A stretch of 64,000 nucleotides of DNA from Nitrospirota bacterium (GTDB lineage: Bacteria > Nitrospirota > Thermodesulfovibrionia > Thermodesulfovibrionales > JdFR-86): contig JARRLN010000001.1 in the NCBI GenBank assembly GCA_037386965.1, forward strand, positions 5,323-69,322. The letters are read 5' to 3'. Shown here piece by piece: positions 9,917-19,729 of the stretch. The position numbers and the translations under genes are program-made. The notes below the pieces were generated by a model. That model was not told the origin of the DNA. It did not search any database and was given only the letters and a program-made list of their open reading frames with translations. Each line of letters starts with the position of its first letter. The first letter of the stretch is position 1.

Positions 9917-11251
9917 CTAAGCGCTGATGTCCGTGGGGCCCACGAGGAGGCTCGGAGAGCCTATGCTTCCGTAGAACCTCAGGTCTCCGGCCAGGGCCTC
10001 CGCTTTTCCGAAGAACTCAAGAAGGTTACCCGAAACGGCGGCCTCCTTGACGGGATACAGCACCTTTCCCCCTTCCACCCAGAGGCCCGACACCCCTATG
10101 GAGAAATGGCCGGATATGGGATTTATCGTATGCACGCCCATGGCTTCGACGATATAAAGGCCCCTTTGCATGCCGCCCAGAAGGGTCTCCAGGGTGGGCT
10201 TTTCGCCCGGCGCATCCAGATACATGCTGACGGGGCCCACCGTGGGGAGCGCCTGGAACCCTCGCCGCATGCCGTTTCCGGTGGAGCGGACGCCGTCCTT
10301 GGCTGCCGTGCGGGTGTTGTGCATGTATCCCCTGAGCACCCCCCGGGAAACCAGCTCGTGCCGACCCACCGGAACCCCCTCGTCGTCGATGGGGCGGGAG
10401 CCCGGCTCCCGCGGGCGGAGCCCGTCGTCCACGATGTCCACGTTCTCGCTCATCACGCGCTGGCCGACCTTGCCCGCCAGGAGGGATTTTCCCTTCTGCA
10501 CGGCGTCGGCCGAAAGCATCGAGGCGAAGACCGAAAGGAACTCCGCCGCCACCTGGCCGTCCAGAAGGACCGGGGCCTTGACCGGGGAGATGCGCCTGGC
10601 CCCGAGCATGCAGAGCGCGCGGCGTGCGGCCTCGGCGCCCACCCCGGGGAAGGAGACCCCGCGGAGGAAGCGGTTCACCTGATAGCCCCACCCCATCTGG
10701 CTTTCCTGACCCTCCTCGGCCACGGCCATGATGCTGCCGCCCACCAGGGTGGAGGGGTAGCTCACGGAGACACCCCTGGTGTTCATGACCAGGGTCTCGC
10801 TCTGGCCGAAGGAGGCTTGGGCGCGCCGTACCTTCTTCATCCGCCGGTCGGCCCCCAGGGCCGCCCTCTCCACGTCCAGGGCCCCCCGGATGGCCTCCTC
10901 CTCCGATATGGAGGCCACCGCCGGGTCGTACACGTCCAGGCTCCGGGCGGCCTCAGGCCCGGGAAGTCCGGCAAACTCGTCCTTTTCAGTGCCCTTCATC
11001 GTTTCGAGCGCGTTTGCGCGGACTGCTTCGAGGGCGTCCTTGTCCGTGGCATAGGAGAAGCCCACGTGCCCGTCCCTGATGACCCTGAGCGCGTAGCCGA
11101 ACCCGACGGAGGTCTCCAGGGCCTCCACCTCTCCGCCCTTGACGTCCACCGAGAGGGTCCGCGAGGCCCGCTGATAGACCTCTGCCAGGCCGCCCGTCTC
11201 TTCCCGGGCCCTGGCAAGCAGCCTGCGGGCGAAGTCCTCGTCAGTCCTCAT
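9917..11251 (-). CDS. pmbA: TldD/PmbA family metalloprotease (PmbA/TldE-like)
   Basis: Family-typical sequence runs along the full length (VDVKGGEVEALE..., GHVGFSYATD, ...GSIGSPSLLV). It is 444 aa. Confidence 0.8.
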   Translation of the reverse strand: MRTDEDFARRLLARAREETGGLAEVYQRASRTLSVDVKGGEVEALETSVGFGYALRVIRDGHVGFSYATDKDALEAVRANALETMKGTEKDEFAGLPGPEAARSLDVYDPAVASISEEEAIRGALDVERAALGADRRMKKVRRAQASFGQSETLVMNTRGVSVSYPSTLVGGSIMAVAEEGQESQMGWGYQVNRFLRGVSFPGVGAEAARRALCMLGARRISPVKAPVLLDGQVAAEFLSVFASMLSADAVQKGKSLLAGKVGQRVMSENVDIVDDGLRPREPGSRPIDDEGVPVGRHELVSRGVLRGYMHNTRTAAKDGVRSTGNGMRRGFQALPTVGPVSMYLDAPGEKPTLETLLGGMQRGLYIVEAMGVHTINPISGHFSIGVSGLWVEGGKVLYPVKEAAVSGNLLEFFGKAEALAGDLRFYGSIGSPSLLVGPTDISA

Positions 11252-11612
11252 AATACGTAGCGGAAGACGTCTCCGACTCCCAGACGGTCACGGCCGACAG
11301 GCGGACGTGGTCCCACGGCATCTTCCTTTTCACGGTATCGAATATCCACTTGGCCACGTTCTCCGACGAGGGGTTCTTCTCCGTGAAGGGGAAGAGCTCG
11401 TTCAGGAAGGAATGGTCCAGGGACACCGTGGCCTCGCCCACCAGTTTCTTCAGTTCGTGGAAGTCGATGACCAGGTCGATGTCGTTGAGCCGTTCCGCCA
11501 CCACGTGCACGTGCACTTTCCAGTTATGCCCGTGCATGCGCTCGCATTTGCCGCCGTAGCCCCTGAGCTGATGCGCCGCGGCAAAGCTGGTCTCCACCAT
11601 GAGTTCGAACAT
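11241..11612 (-). CDS. queD: 6-carboxy-5,6,7,8-tetrahydropterin synthase (queuosine biosynthesis)
   Basis: An internal ATG at 11612 of ORF 11241..11786 gives MFELMVETSFAAAHQLRGYGGKCERMHGHNWKV, which carries the QueD/PTPS His/Cys motifs. The 58-aa upstream extension is Arg/Ala-rich shadow sequence. Confidence 0.85.
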   Translation of the reverse strand: MFELMVETSFAAAHQLRGYGGKCERMHGHNWKVHVHVVAERLNDIDLVIDFHELKKLVGEATVSLDHSFLNELFPFTEKNPSSENVAKWIFDTVKRKMPWDHVRLSAVTVWESETSSATYYED

Positions 11613-11626
11613 TGGCGATGCGCTCC

Positions 11627-12148
11627 TCAGATGGTCTTTTTGAACACGGAAATGTACGGCAGGTTCCGGAACTTGTTGTCGTAGTCCAGCCCGTAGCCGA
11701 CGACGAAGAGGTTGGGAATTTCCCAACCGACGTACTCGATGGGCACGTCCACGGTGCGCCGCTCCCGCTTGTCCAGGAGCCCGCATATCTTCAGGGTCCG
11801 CGGGTTCTTCTGAAGGACGTGCTCGCGCACGTAATTAAGCGTGGTACCCGAGTCTATGATGTCCTCCACGATGAGGACGTCCCTGCCTTCCACCCTCTCG
11901 CGGACGTCGCTGTGGATGACCACCTCTCCGGTGCTGCGGTCCGCGGCATAGCTGGAGACGACCATGAAGTCGATAATCAGGGGGATGCGGATGTTCTTGA
12001 CGAGGTCGGCCGTGAACATGAAGGCCCCCTTCAGGAGAGAGACGACCAAAAGGTCCCGGCCCGCATAGTCCTCCGATATCCTGCCGGCCAGCTCATGGAC
12101 CTTTTCCTGGATCTGATTGACCGTAAAAAGCGGTTTCCCGGTGACCAT
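11627..12148 (-). CDS. hpt: Hypoxanthine phosphoribosyltransferase
   Basis: It has the PRPP-binding motif (VLIVEDIIDSGTTL) and the VSLLKGAFMFTADL motif. It is 173 aa. Confidence 0.9.
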   Translation of the reverse strand: MVTGKPLFTVNQIQEKVHELAGRISEDYAGRDLLVVSLLKGAFMFTADLVKNIRIPLIIDFMVVSSYAADRSTGEVVIHSDVRERVEGRDVLIVEDIIDSGTTLNYVREHVLQKNPRTLKICGLLDKRERRTVDVPIEYVGWEIPNLFVVGYGLDYDNKFRNLPYISVFKKTI

Positions 12149-12231
12149 GCCCTCTCCTCCTTGGCTTATCTTAACTCCGCACTTGTTCCCGACTCAAGAA
12201 AAACCCGGACATCCCCGCAGGCAGTGGACAA

Positions 12232-12882
12232 TCAGAACCCTTCGGGGGGGTTTGTCAGAGTGCCGGCCGGGCTCGCGGAGCCCCTGGCGAAGACCTTTCG
12301 CCCCGCGACCTCAAGACGGCCTTCCGCAAAGAGGCGCACGGCCTCTGGGTATATCCTGTGCTCCTGGGCGAGAATCCTCGCGGAGAGGCTCTCTTCCGTA
12401 TCCCCGTCCAGGACCGGGACGGCGGCCTGTATGATGATGGGCCCGGTGTCCACGCCCTCGTCGACGAAGTGCACCGTGCACCCCGATACCTTCACCCCGT
12501 ACTCAAGCGCCTGCGCCTGCCCGTGCAGCCCCGGAAACGACGGCAGAAGCGCCGGATGGATATTCATCACCCGGAGGGGAAAGGCCTCCAGCAGGGGTTT
12601 CCCCACCACCCGCATGAAGCCCGCCAAAAGCACCAGGTCCACGTTCCGCCCCGTGAGCTCCCGGGCTATGCGCCCGTAGAAGGCGTCCCCGGAGGCGAAC
12701 TCCCGGGGGTCGATGCAAAGCGACTCCACGCCGTGCCTTGCGGCCCGCGTGAGGGCGTAGGCATCGGGGTTGTCCACGATGAGGAGGACCACCCGGGCCT
12801 CGAAAAGACCCCTGTCCCGGGCGTCCAGTATGGCCTGGAAGTTCGACCCCCTGCCGCTGGCCAGCACCCCGATATTTATCAC
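12232..12882 (-). CDS. purN: Phosphoribosylglycinamide formyltransferase
   Basis: Motifs are INIGVLASGRGSNFQAI, AGFMRV and MNIHPALLPSFPG. The proposed GTG start at 12882 forms a GTGA overlap with the stop of the upstream GNAT gene. The longer ORF to 12948 adds a non-homologous extension. Confidence 0.85.
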   Translation of the reverse strand: MINIGVLASGRGSNFQAILDARDRGLFEARVVLLIVDNPDAYALTRAARHGVESLCIDPREFASGDAFYGRIARELTGRNVDLVLLAGFMRVVGKPLLEAFPLRVMNIHPALLPSFPGLHGQAQALEYGVKVSGCTVHFVDEGVDTGPIIIQAAVPVLDGDTEESLSARILAQEHRIYPEAVRLFAEGRLEVAGRKVFARGSASPAGTLTNPPEGF

Positions 12883-13433
12883 CGGGCCCCCTGGCTGCCG
12901 AGCTCCAGGACAACGGCCGTCTCGTCGCATTCCGGAAACTTGTGGCACTTCAGGCAGTCTCCCCAGACCTTGTGGGGAAGCGCGGCCTTGTCCACGACCC
13001 GAAAGCCGAACCGCGTGAAAAACTCCGGCTGGTAGGTGAGGGAGAAGATTCTTCTGACGCCCAAGTCCCCGGCCTCCTGGACGGCCCTTTCGAGGAGAGC
13101 CTTCCCTATCCCTTTCTTCTGATGTCCTTCACGGACGGCCAGGGAGCGGATTTCGGCCATGTCCTCCGAGACCACATGCAGGGAGCAGGTCGCGGTGATT
13201 TCCCCGTCCTCCTCCACCACCAGGGCGTCGCGCAGGTTCTCGTAAAGCTCGTTGAGGGAGCGGGGTATCATTTCCTGCCGCTTGGCAAACTCGTTGATGA
13301 GCTTCTGGACCTCCTTGATGTCTCCTGTCCTTGCGGGCCGTAACGTCACTGCATCTCCTTTGAGACTCTCTTTCCTCTCCGCGCCGGGAGCGCAAGCAGG
13401 TCTCCCCCGGAGCCTTTCCTTCATGTCACGCAT
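12879..13433 (-). CDS. GNAT family N-acetyltransferase (amino-acid N-acetyltransferase-like)
   Basis: It has the acetyl-CoA binding motif (RSLAVREGHQKKGIGKALL) and an overall GNAT fold pattern. The start codon is uncertain: several in-frame candidates lie between 13343 and 13433. Confidence 0.75.
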   Translation of the reverse strand: MRDMKERLRGRPACAPGAERKESLKGDAVTLRPARTGDIKEVQKLINEFAKRQEMIPRSLNELYENLRDALVVEEDGEITATCSLHVVSEDMAEIRSLAVREGHQKKGIGKALLERAVQEAGDLGVRRIFSLTYQPEFFTRFGFRVVDKAALPHKVWGDCLKCHKFPECDETAVVLELGSQGAR

Positions 13434-13470
13434 GTGGTTTCATAGGGCCGGGGCACCGCTCTACCCTGGA

Positions 13471-13540
13471 CGCCGAGCCCCCCGACAGGGCTTCCGAGCC
13501 CTCCGACAGGGCTTCCGAGCCCCCCCGACAGGGCTCACGA
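13471..13540. repeat. Intergenic tandem repeat, about 2.5 copies of a 21-22 bp unit
   Basis: CCGACAGGGCTTCCGAGCCCT (13482-13502) repeats as CCGACAGGGCTTCCGAGCCCC (13503-13523), followed by a partial CCGACAGGGCT at 13525. A CGAGCCCC tail also precedes the first copy. Confidence 0.7.
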
Positions 13541-13660
13541 AGGGGAAGAAACCCCTCCGTCAAGGCCTTTTGCCGTCTCTCGATTGACGGCGTCTCCGCC
13601 TTTTCTCCAAAATCCACGGAGACGATGCGCCGGCTCTCGCGGCCATTGCCCGGGAGCCCT

Positions 13661-15037
13661 TTATGCGCCTTCTTTCTCGAAGCACCGGACCTGTTTCTTC
13701 CCCGCGGCCTTGGCGGCGTACATGGCCATGTCCGCCGCGTACAAAAGCCCCTTGGCATCGAAGGCGTCCCCGGGACATGAGGCCACTCCGCCGCTGACCG
13801 ATATGCGGACCGCTTCGTCAAGGAATGTCACCTTCTCCACGGCTTCCTTTATTCTGTTGGCCAGGACGTAGGCCTCCTCCTTCGTGGTGTTCGGTAATAT
13901 TATAATGAATTCCTCCCCTCCGTAGCGCGCCACGACGTCCGTCTCCCGGGAGGACGCCTTCAGGACGCCGGCCACGTCCTTCAAAACGTCGTCGCCCGCC
14001 TGATGGCCATAGGTGTCGTTCAGGGACTTGAAGTCGTCGATGTCGAAGAGAACGAGGGAAAAGGGCGTGGCGTAGCGCTCCGTGCGTGCCACTTCGGCAT
14101 TGAGGACGGTGTAGAAATAGCGGACGTTATAAAGCTCCGTCAGGGCGTCCGTGACCGCCAGCATCTCGTTTTTCCGGAAGAAGCGTATCTTCTCGGCTAT
14201 GAGCGAAATGTTATTGCCCACCAGGGAGAGAAGGGAGGCAAAGTCGAAGTCGAACTGAATCTCCACCCTGCTGGCCAGCGCCACAAGGCCCATGTTCTCC
14301 TCGCCCACCCTGAGGGGGATGACGATGCAGAAGGCAATGCCCTCCTTTTTCAACGGCTCGGGCATGTCGTTGTACCCGGCCTCAAGCACATAGAGGGGGT
14401 CCCCGGCCTCCAGCGCCTGCCGGTACAGGCTCTCCAGCTCGCCCTGCTCCAGTGCATCCCGGAACTCCCGTGACAGCCCCTCGGAGCTCTTCACCCTGAA
14501 CCTGTCGTCCTCCACGATGACAATCCACCCGAGGTTCAGGTTCGTTATGATGAGGACCTTCTCGATGAGCTCGGTGTAAACGTCCTCCATGTTGCTCGAG
14601 GAGATGAAGGCGCTCGAAAGGGTGTTCGTTATGATGAGCTCCTTGCTCCGCTTCACGAATTCGTTCTCCAGGAGCACGTAGGACGACACGTCGCGGAAGA
14701 CGACGCCGAGGTTGCGGACTTCGTCTCCCGTTATGATGGGGGTGATGAGGACGTCCAGGGTCATGTTGCCGTAGGATATGCGCTCCGTCTCTTCCTTCCG
14801 GTGCAGGACGCATGCGCTGATGGTGTTCCAGAGCTCCTTCATGGGCTCGACGTCTCTGCAGTCGCGCCCGCGCAAGCTTGATGGTTCCAGGTTGGCCAGG
14901 GCGGAAAAGGCGCTGTTGGCCTCCAGGATGCGCCCGTCGCGCGAGAGGATGGCCACGGGGTCCTTCATGTAATCGATGAAAGGAACGGTAACGCTCCTCT
15001 CACCCAGAATGCGCTCAAGAAAGCTTATGGGACGCAT
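13661..15037 (-). CDS. Diguanylate cyclase with N-terminal PAS and GAF-like sensory regions (GGDEF domain)
   Basis: The active site is RYGGEEFIIILP (GGEEF). There is an upstream PAS-like region (DPVAILSRDGRILEANSAF). The start is placed at ATG 15037; the listed start at 15088 is a TTG. Confidence 0.85.
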   Translation of the reverse strand: MRPISFLERILGERSVTVPFIDYMKDPVAILSRDGRILEANSAFSALANLEPSSLRGRDCRDVEPMKELWNTISACVLHRKEETERISYGNMTLDVLITPIITGDEVRNLGVVFRDVSSYVLLENEFVKRSKELIITNTLSSAFISSSNMEDVYTELIEKVLIITNLNLGWIVIVEDDRFRVKSSEGLSREFRDALEQGELESLYRQALEAGDPLYVLEAGYNDMPEPLKKEGIAFCIVIPLRVGEENMGLVALASRVEIQFDFDFASLLSLVGNNISLIAEKIRFFRKNEMLAVTDALTELYNVRYFYTVLNAEVARTERYATPFSLVLFDIDDFKSLNDTYGHQAGDDVLKDVAGVLKASSRETDVVARYGGEEFIIILPNTTKEEAYVLANRIKEAVEKVTFLDEAVRISVSGGVASCPGDAFDAKGLLYAADMAMYAAKAAGKKQVRCFEKEGA

Positions 15038-15950
15038 ATTCGAGCCTGAGAAGGACTCCTTGCAGGAGCCCGTGGTCGCTGATAACAACCCTGCGGAAAT
15101 TAAGCATTTCCATGACTGTAATTGTAAGCAGGATGCCCGGTATAATCAAGTCCTCTCGGCCGGGCTCAAGCCCCTTGACCCGGACCCTCTCCGCAAGAGG
15201 CAGAGAGGCCAGACGGGTGGACATCCGCCTCAGCCTCTCAAGGGATATCTCGTGGCCGTGGACCTTCTCCCGGTTATACTCTTCAAGGGCCAGGTCCATG
15301 GCGGCAAGGGTCGTGGCGGTGCCTGCCGTGCCCACAAAAACCGTCTCCGGCAGAAGAAGGTCCTTAAAATGCCGGGCGAGGTTCCGGGCCACCCGCGCGG
15401 CTTCCTCGTCCAGTGCCGCAAGCTCGCCCGGACGAGGCGGGTCCGACCGGATGAACCCTTCGGCCATCTTTACCACGCCGGCCGGCACGGTAACTCTTTT
15501 CACAAGCTCCGGCCCCCGGCAGAACATCATCTCCGTGCTCCCTCCCCCGATGTCCGCGATGAGGACGGAGCGCGGCGTGCGAAGCGAGGACGTCACCCCC
15601 AGGGCCGTCAGCTCGGCCTCCTCCTCGCCGCTGACGACTTCGATATCGATTCCCGCGGTTTCCTTCACCATGCGCAGGACCTCCGCGCGGTTGGCCGCCT
15701 CGCGCAGGGCGCTCGTCCCCACGGCCCTGTAGCGGGCGACACCGTGCGCCTCCATGAGTGAGCGGTACTTTTTCAGGACCTCCAGGGACAGGGCAAGCCC
15801 TTTCTCCCCCACCCTGCCGGTCCGGCCCATTTCGCCGCCCAGCCGGGTGATGTCCCGTTCGTAGAGGAGGGGCTCCACGCTGCCGCCCTGAAGCGTGCCG
15901 ATGAGAAGGCGCAAGGTATTGGAGCCGATGTCCAGCGCGGCACTGCTCAT
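15015..15950 (-). CDS. Ppx/GppA family phosphatase (exopolyphosphatase / pppGpp phosphohydrolase)
   Basis: ATG at 15950 gives MSSAALDIGSNTLRLLIG, the Ppx-GppA phosphate-1 motif, and later DIGGGSTE. The listed ORF start at 16055 is a TTG that would overlap the divergent gene. Confidence 0.85.
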   Translation of the reverse strand: MSSAALDIGSNTLRLLIGTLQGGSVEPLLYERDITRLGGEMGRTGRVGEKGLALSLEVLKKYRSLMEAHGVARYRAVGTSALREAANRAEVLRMVKETAGIDIEVVSGEEEAELTALGVTSSLRTPRSVLIADIGGGSTEMMFCRGPELVKRVTVPAGVVKMAEGFIRSDPPRPGELAALDEEAARVARNLARHFKDLLLPETVFVGTAGTATTLAAMDLALEEYNREKVHGHEISLERLRRMSTRLASLPLAERVRVKGLEPGREDLIIPGILLTITVMEMLNFRRVVISDHGLLQGVLLRLEYASHKLS

Positions 15951-15993
15951 GGCGCAATTATAGCGCAAGATGGGCGGAACGCTATGGTAGAAT

Positions 15994-17364
15994 ATGCGAA
16001 ATATGCAGACAGTCCTCATTGTCGAAGATAAGGACTCCATGGCCCGCATGCTCAAGGAAACCCTGGAGGCCGAGGGCTACAGGGCCCTGACAGCACAAAA
16101 CGAGGCCGAGGGTCTTCGAAAAATCAAGCAGGAGTCCTCCGACCTTATTCTTACGGACCTGAAACTCCCCGACGGCGACGGGCTTCGCATCCTTCGGGCT
16201 TCCCGGGAGGAAAACCCCCTGAGGCCCGTTATCGTCATGACCGCGTTCGGCTCCGTGGAGACGGCCGTGGAGGCCATGAAGGAAGGCGCCTACGACTTCA
16301 TAACCAAGCCCTTCAACGTGGAGCACCTCCTGGTGCTCATACGAAGGGCCACGGAGAACCAAAGGCTCCTGACCGAAAACATCCTTCTCAGGGAGGAGCT
16401 GGCCTCTCACCTGGGCCTTCCCACCATCATAGGGCGGAGCGAGGGCATCCAGGACCTGGCCCGTAAAGTCCAGAAGGTCGCCCCCGCAAGGACGACAGTT
16501 CTACTTCTGGGAGAAAGCGGCACCGGCAAGGAGCTCTTCGCCCGGGCGGTCCACCACCTGAGCGGCCGTAAGGACTACCCCTTTGTCCCGGTCAACTGTG
16601 CCGCCATCCCCAACGACCTTCTGGAGAGCGAGCTTTTCGGCTACGAGAAGGGAGCCTTCACGGGGGCGGAGTCGCGCAAGCTCGGGAAGTTCGAGCTTGC
16701 CCACGAGGGAACCATATTCCTTGACGAGATAGGGGAGCTTCACCCCTCCTTGCAGGCCAAGCTCCTGAGGGTCCTGCAGGAGGGCGAGGTGGAGCGCGTC
16801 GGCGGCACGAAGGCCGTCAGGGTGGATGTCCGCGTCGTGGCGGCCAGCAACAGGGACCTCGAAAAGGCCGTCCAGGAGAAGGCGTTCCGCGAAGACCTCT
16901 TCTACCGCCTCAACGTCTTCCCGCTGAGGATTCCGCCGTTGAGGGAAAGGCCCGAGGACATCCCCCTTCTGACGGAATACTTCGTCAAGAAGTACGCCAG
17001 GGAGCTCAAGATGCCCGAGAGGACCATTTCCGGGGAGGCCGTGGGAATGCTCCAGGGCTATCGCTGGAAGGGAAACGTCCGGGAGCTCGAAAACACCGTA
17101 GAGCGGGCGATGATTCTCGCCGAGGGCGGCCGCATCGAGCCCGAGCACATCTCCCTTGCCCCCGACGGTGCGCCGGGACTTTTTCCAGGGGCTCCCGGGG
17201 CTTCCCTGGATGAGGTGGCCCGGTTTGCCCTCCGGCAGGCGGAGACCGGGCACATTCGTCGAGCCCTCCAGGAGTCGGGCGGCAATAAGAGCAAGGCGGC
17301 CCAGAGTCTGGGGGTCAGTTACAAGACCCTCTTGACGAAAATAAAGGACTACGGTATCCGGTAG
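15994..17364 (+). CDS. Sigma-54-dependent response regulator (NtrC/AtoC family)
   Basis: It has a receiver domain ([14 protein letters not shown]...[14 protein letters not shown]), Walker A (GESGTGKEL) and the EKGAFTGA loop. The C-terminal HTH reads [25 protein letters not shown]. Confidence 0.9.
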   Translation: MRNMQTVLIVEDKDSMARMLKETLEAEGYRALTAQNEAEGLRKIKQESSDLILTDLKLPDGDGLRILRASREENPLRPVIVMTAFGSVETAVEAMKEGAYDFITKPFNVEHLLVLIRRATENQRLLTENILLREELASHLGLPTIIGRSEGIQDLARKVQKVAPARTTVLLLGESGTGKELFARAVHHLSGRKDYPFVPVNCAAIPNDLLESELFGYEKGAFTGAESRKLGKFELAHEGTIFLDEIGELHPSLQAKLLRVLQEGEVERVGGTKAVRVDVRVVAASNRDLEKAVQEKAFREDLFYRLNVFPLRIPPLRERPEDIPLLTEYFVKKYARELKMPERTISGEAVGMLQGYRWKGNVRELENTVERAMILAEGGRIEPEHISLAPDGAPGLFPGAPGASLDEVARFALRQAETGHIRRALQESGGNKSKAAQSLGVSYKTLLTKIKDYGIR

Positions 17365-17586
17365 GCCGGAGTCGCCTTTTAAAGGCCCTGTCCCCGGGCG
17401 GCGGCGTGCGGCGGCTGAGTTTCTATCGGGATTCTATTGAAGCGGAGGGGCTTGACAGGCTATTATAGAAGCATCGCCGGCGAATGTTCCTCATGGCCGG
17501 GAGGGGGGAAATTCCCGCCATGAGCCTCGGCAGCATCGAGAGAGTGCAGTTTCGCCAGTAGCCTTGAGGAGGTCTCAAAGCACGCC

Positions 17587-18342
17587 ATGGCTGGCCATTC
17601 CAAGTGGGCGCAGATAAAGCACAAGAAGGCCCACACCGACGCCAAGAGGGGCAAGGTTTTCACCAAGATCGTCAAGGAGCTCTCCGTTGCCGCCCGCATG
17701 GGAGGCGGCGACCCCGACGGCAACCCCCGCCTCAGGCTCGCCATCGATAAGGCCAAGGAAGTCAACATGCCCCAGGACAACATCAAGCGGGCCATCATGA
17801 AAGGCACCGGCGAGTTGCCGGGCATGTCCTACGAGGAGGTCCTCTACGAAGGCTATGGTCCGGGCGGAGTCGCCGTCTACATCGAGGCCCTCACCGACAA
17901 CAGGAACCGCACGGTCTCCGAGGTGCGGCATATCCTCTCCAAACAGGGCGGAAGCATGGGCGAGAGCGGCTGCGTCGCCTGGCTCTTCGACAAGACGGGC
18001 TATATCCTGGTGGAAAAGAGTGCCGCCGGCGAGGACGACCTGATGAGCGTGGCCCTGGAGGCCGGGGCGCTGGACATGAAGAACGACCCCAACGAAGAAA
18101 GCTACGAGGTCCTCACCGCCCCGGAGGACATGGAGTCCGTGCGGGAGGCCGTCGAGAAGGCCGGCATTGAGGTCGCCCTGGCCGAGGTCACCATGCTTCC
18201 CAAGAGCTACGTTACCCTGGATGAGAAGCAGGCGGAGCAGATGACCCGGCTCATGGAGGCCCTGGAAGAGAACGACGACGTACAGAACGTCTATGCCAAC
18301 TTCGACATACCCGAAGAAGTAATGAAAAGACAAGCGGTCTGA
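17587..18342 (+). CDS. yebC: YebC/PmpR family DNA-binding transcriptional regulator
   Basis: [28 protein letters not shown] is the invariant YebC N-terminus. Confidence 0.9.
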   Translation: MAGHSKWAQIKHKKAHTDAKRGKVFTKIVKELSVAARMGGGDPDGNPRLRLAIDKAKEVNMPQDNIKRAIMKGTGELPGMSYEEVLYEGYGPGGVAVYIEALTDNRNRTVSEVRHILSKQGGSMGESGCVAWLFDKTGYILVEKSAAGEDDLMSVALEAGALDMKNDPNEESYEVLTAPEDMESVREAVEKAGIEVALAEVTMLPKSYVTLDEKQAEQMTRLMEALEENDDVQNVYANFDIPEEVMKRQAV

Positions 18343-19724
18343 TGGGCCCTCCGGGCGACAGAAGCCTCTTCTGCGTGGTGCTTGCCGCGGGCTTGGGCAC
18401 GCGGATGAAGTCCTCGCTTCCGAAGGTTCTGCATCCCCTCATGGGAAGGCCCATGCTGGAGTATCCCCTCCATGCCCTGAAAGCCCTGCGTCCGAAGAGG
18501 ACCGTCCTCGTCGTGGGCGTGAATGGGCGGGCCGTGCGCGAGGCCATCCGCCCTCCCCTCCCCGTGGAGTATGCCACCCAGGGCAGGCAGCTCGGCACCG
18601 CCCATGCCGTGCGGGCGGGCCTGGAGCCCCTGGGCGCGCTCCGCGCCGGAACCGTCCTGGTTACCAACGGCGATACCCCTCTGATTACGGCGGGCACCCT
18701 CCGGAAGTTCCTCTCGGCCCACGCGCGTGCGGGAAACGCCGTCTCCGTTTTATCCTTCACCGCCCGGGACCCCTCCTCCTACGGACGCATCGTTCGCGGC
18801 GGGGGTGACGTGAGGATCGTGGAGCAGAAGGACGCCACCCCCAAGGAGCGGAACATCCGGGAGGTCAACAGCGGCGTCTACGCCATAGAGGTCCACACCC
18901 TCCCCTTCCTTGAGAAAATAAAGCTCAACAGGAAAAAAGGGGAATACTACCTTACCGACCTGGTGTCGGTGGCCCTTCGGGCGGGGGCGCGTGTGGGGGT
19001 TTTCCGCCGGGGGGAGGAAGAGGAATTCCTCGGGGTCAACAGCCGGAAAGACCTCCTGCGGGCCCAGGGCGTTCTGAGAGAGAAGACCGTGGCCCGCCAT
19101 GTCGAAAAGGGCGTCGCCTTCATGGACCCCGGTGCCGTGTACATCGACCCTCTGGTGAGCATCGGTTCGGACACGCTCATCTACCCGAACGTCTACCTCA
19201 TGGGAGACACGCGGGTGGGCAGGGGCTGCACGGTCTACCCCAACGCGCGTATAACCGACAGCGTCATAAGAGACCGCGCGGTTGTCAAGGACAGCACGGT
19301 CATTGAGAAGTCCGTAGTCGGTGCCGGTGCCCAGGTGGGTCCTTTCGCTCACGTGCGCCCGGAAAGCCGCATCGGGGAGGGGGCCAGGGTCGGCAATTTC
19401 GTCGAGCTGAAAAAGGCCGTTTTGGGCAAGGGCGTCAAGGCCGGCCACCTGAGCTATCTGGGAGATGCCGTCCTCTCGCCCGGCGTCAACGTGGGCGCGG
19501 GAACCATCACCTGCAACTACGACGGCAGGAAGAAGCATCCCACGGTTATCGGTGCGGAGGTCTTCATCGGCAGCGACACCCAGCTCGTAGCTCCCGTCAG
19601 AGTCGGCAAGGGGGCCTACATCGGGGCGGGCTCCACCATTACCAGGGACGTCCCCCCCTTTGCTCTGGCCGTCAGCAGGACGGCCCAGAAGACCATCCCC
19701 GGCTGGGCGAGGAAAAAGAGGTAG
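18342..19724 (+). CDS. glmU: Bifunctional UDP-N-acetylglucosamine pyrophosphorylase / glucosamine-1-phosphate N-acetyltransferase
   Basis: It has the LAAGLGTRMKSSLPKVLH nucleotidyltransferase motif and C-terminal left-handed beta-helix hexapeptide repeats. Its start overlaps the yebC stop. Confidence 0.9.
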   Translation: MGPPGDRSLFCVVLAAGLGTRMKSSLPKVLHPLMGRPMLEYPLHALKALRPKRTVLVVGVNGRAVREAIRPPLPVEYATQGRQLGTAHAVRAGLEPLGALRAGTVLVTNGDTPLITAGTLRKFLSAHARAGNAVSVLSFTARDPSSYGRIVRGGGDVRIVEQKDATPKERNIREVNSGVYAIEVHTLPFLEKIKLNRKKGEYYLTDLVSVALRAGARVGVFRRGEEEEFLGVNSRKDLLRAQGVLREKTVARHVEKGVAFMDPGAVYIDPLVSIGSDTLIYPNVYLMGDTRVGRGCTVYPNARITDSVIRDRAVVKDSTVIEKSVVGAGAQVGPFAHVRPESRIGEGARVGNFVELKKAVLGKGVKAGHLSYLGDAVLSPGVNVGAGTITCNYDGRKKHPTVIGAEVFIGSDTQLVAPVRVGKGAYIGAGSTITRDVPPFALAVSRTAQKTIPGWARKKR

Positions 19725-19729
19725 CGCGC

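Noticed and set aside
13471-13540. Tandem repeats considered as a CRISPR array
   Set aside because: The copies are directly adjacent with no spacers, and there are only about 2.5 units. No cas genes are present in the window.
17451-17475. TTGACA hexamer upstream of yebC considered as a promoter
   Set aside because: No acceptable -10 lies at 16-18 nt spacing, and the nearby TATAGA is only 6 nt away.
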